From positions 346,704,001 to 346,768,000 of the forward strand of contig OZ024741.1 in NCBI GenBank assembly GCA_964016885.1: a stretch of DNA of 64,000 nucleotides. Direction: 5' to 3'. The translations under genes were made by a program, and so were the position numbers. This document shows positions 61,281-64,000 of the stretch, one piece after another (within the stretch, counting starts at the first letter, position 1; the number at the start of each line of letters is the position of its first letter). The notes beneath the pieces were generated by a model. The model worked only from the letters and a program-made list of their open reading frames with translations, was not told the DNA's origin and did no database searches. Origin of the DNA: Eledone cirrhosa. Lineage: Eukaryota.

Positions 61281-63379
61281 GCGTGTATTTGTATCAGCGT
61301 GTGTTGATTTATATACATATACATTTTTAATGGATGCCGGCATAATCTATTTCACTACATAGTGATTTCGATTACATTGTAAACATATTAATTAGATTTT
61401 ATTGGAACTTGTGCATACTTTAACAGGCTTTCTCAAGTAGAAATCTAATATGCTAGATAAAGAAGCTAATTATCACATCCCCATGCTTAGAAATATTTGG
61501 ATTAGCACATTGAACAATAAACAATATAGTTAATTCTACTCTATAAATATAGTATAATACTGATTGGAATAATTGAATATGGGATTGCTCAATAAGCTAT
61601 AACGTTGTCTAGAAGAGCCTCGTAATCAATGCACTTAGCAAATGGTTTAGTTACAATGGATCACTCATTTTAAACGAGAATCATGTTGATATAATCTATG
61701 TTGAAAATAGTCAGAGAAAGCTGTACTCCTTTTTGGTGAGTCCACTTCACCAGTCATTTAGTCCCATGTTACTACAATTATCCCCGACCTCAATTTGTGG
61801 CGGGCAGTATGTTACATATAGTAGGTCTAAATCTCAAAAATTGTAATTAATCCGATATATTGAAGCATTTCTTCCCGTCGTGGTTTCTTTGATCCATTCT
61901 CCAAGCCTATCCTAGTTGTTGTTTCTAGTCGTTTGCAAACCTTATTACAGGAAGAGTGATGTATTTTCCATTCCACTCTAGAATTCCCATTTATTCTTTC
62001 CAGTAAAACGGGGTGTGTATGTAGATCGAAATATATTCTGTTTACCATCTGCGTTAACCTTCAGCTATTTATTCCTTATTAAACATTTCTAGCTATATAC
62101 ACATGGTGTGTATGAGAAATGGGTTTATAGTGTTCCAAGATGTTTACCTTACATCTTTCTTATTAATTGAAAACTCCTTTTCCAAATGTGTGTTTATAAC
62201 ACGAAAGCTGGACTGTATCCAGTAAATATTCCCATTCTCTCATGCCAAAATCGACCGTGTAATAATGTGCGGTATAGATATTTCGCTTCCTGAAATATTT
62301 CATTTTTACAGATTTCATAAGTGCCAAGATAACCAAACTACTTAGCTGGAAACAACACATTTACTCTCATTTCAAATATTGGTTTTGGAGGCTTAGAACT
62401 TACTACCACAATACATCTCTGTGCTAACACTAAAACATTATTATATTTCTATTGAAACCTGGAAAGTGAAAGTTAAACAACGGATGCGGATGAAACTACT
62501 GACATGTGCGTATCGATATCTATAGTCTGTAGACTAAATCAAAATTGCATTTGCAGAAGAAAATTAAGTTACTTGTTAAATAGGTGCTATCAATAGTTGG
62601 TTAATTATTTACTTAAAACAAACTCACTCTATTTAATTACAGAATGCTGCATTATAACTATCTTTTCAAATTTTCCTGGTATCGGTGACTGTTTGAAAGC
62701 CTATTTAAACCCATGCAATCGTCTGATACACTAAAATATATACCACATATTTAATATAGCAAGACAACAGGTAGTGTCGAATAGCCTGATGAAAGGCTCG
62801 TTGTTTTCTGTATTTTTAAACAAATGTAAAATAACATGAATCGAGGTAAGAAGGCCACAAAATCTTTCTTTTTTTTGTCAACAACATCATTTCCGTCTGT
62901 TATTAATTCATATTCATCAATTGTCAATCAAGCTTATGAATTATGTCTAATATTCGACAGTGTATGAGAGAATATTGACGTTTTATAAATTTATCGAGAC
63001 GGTATAAATCGTAGACGGTATTTACTCTGAATCTCTGAAACTAATTCCTTGAGTCGGATATGAAAACAACATTTCTGTCTTTAGAAATAAAATTTTCTTA
63101 TCGTGTTTTGTTACAAATTAAATCAAAACATTTCCATATAACATATTTACTAAAGGCTCGGGTAATTTCGGTGAAATTTAAAAAATTAAGATATTTTCAA
63201 CACATCTGCTCTGCAAATAAAATATATCTACGGCATGATCTTCCTCTTTACCCCGGCGATTACGTTCGAAACTCAAAATTCCACTGCATTTTTATAACTA
63301 GTCGATTAGATTCCACGCAATTTGCACAAGCCGATAAGTATAGCTAACCATACTTTGTATTTCTTAGTATAATTATGTA

Positions 63380-63381
<2 letters not shown>

Positions 63382-63462
<81 letters not shown>

Positions 63463-63493
63463 AACAACAACAACTACTACTACTACTACTACT
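63382..63493. repeat. (CTA)n/(CAA)n microsatellite, probable LINE 3' tail
   Basis: Direct sequence. Confidence 0.9.
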
Positions 63494-64000
63494 AGCTCTT
63501 TTGTTGCCGTTGCTGCTAAAAGCCATGGTCACATTGATCAAGAGACGCCTCAAGTCTGTCTAACTATATACAGTCACATACTCAAAGGAGGCCAGTTTAC
63601 TTGGACCATATTCGGCACTCGAATCTATCTTTCAACTAACATGGCTGAATTGAAGAAATTACCTCTCCACGGAGTGAAGCTAGAATAAATTAAGCTGGGT
63701 CTCTTCGAGCTGCACAACCTCTTTCACCATACTCACCAGGTAGGTAAAAATGCCTATCCTTCTCGGCTAAAGGACAGATACCGGTGGACGGATTTTTGCG
63801 ATGTAATCATCTGATTACCAGGTCCATCTTATACCAGACAACACTTGTTAGACAACACTCGAGCATTGTGTCGACTATCCTCAGTAAAAAAGAGGTTAGT
63901 TGTCTATCATCGACGTCCATAATCATCCACTAGTAAACCCATATAAAACGCCAAGGTGGAATATTTACCGATCATCCAACCCAATTGCAAGTGGACTGTC
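63494..64000 (-). mobile_element. Heavily decayed RTE-like LINE 3' end
   Basis: Minus-strand pieces VLYGFTS(W)MIMDVDDRQLTSF, GIRW and FLQFSHVS resemble the RTE motifs LLYG.ETW, GI.W and LRWFGHV; ends in (TAG)n. Confidence 0.5.

Noticed and set aside
63344-63553. Poly-serine ORF
   Set aside because: Translation of the (TAG)n microsatellite.

Overview
AT-rich eukaryotic repeat region, probably from an octopod mollusc (inferred from a tRNA-derived SINE resembling the Octopus OK/OR-type SINEs as I recall them). No host gene can be called with confidence. Most predicted ORFs are (TA)n/(CA)n microsatellite artefacts. The window is a nested cluster of retroelements inserted into (TA)n tracts. It contains four Penelope-like element (PLE) families with RT plus C-terminal GIY-YIG, DKT and CxCx5C motifs (Hydra-clade-like): B as a 6.8-kb palindrome, C as a partial tandem, and J and G with inverted pseudo-LTRs. 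It also holds two other GIY-YIG fragments, a decayed CR1-group LINE, RTE fragments and SINEs. Manual folding finds more than 30 type I hammerhead ribozyme (HHR) motifs in about 13 sequence families, including non-canonical cores (U3-A8, U3-G8, A4). The most striking object is an ORF-less array of 6.85 nearly identical 608-bp units, each carrying a minus-strand HHR with a UUGAUGA core, i.e. a candidate large animal retrozyme or circular-RNA replicon. Three further ORF-less tandem HHR families (about 534, 484 and 310 bp units) share the PLE-style tandem-plus-inverted-end architecture. Family letters are my own labels, and all alignments and folds were done by eye.
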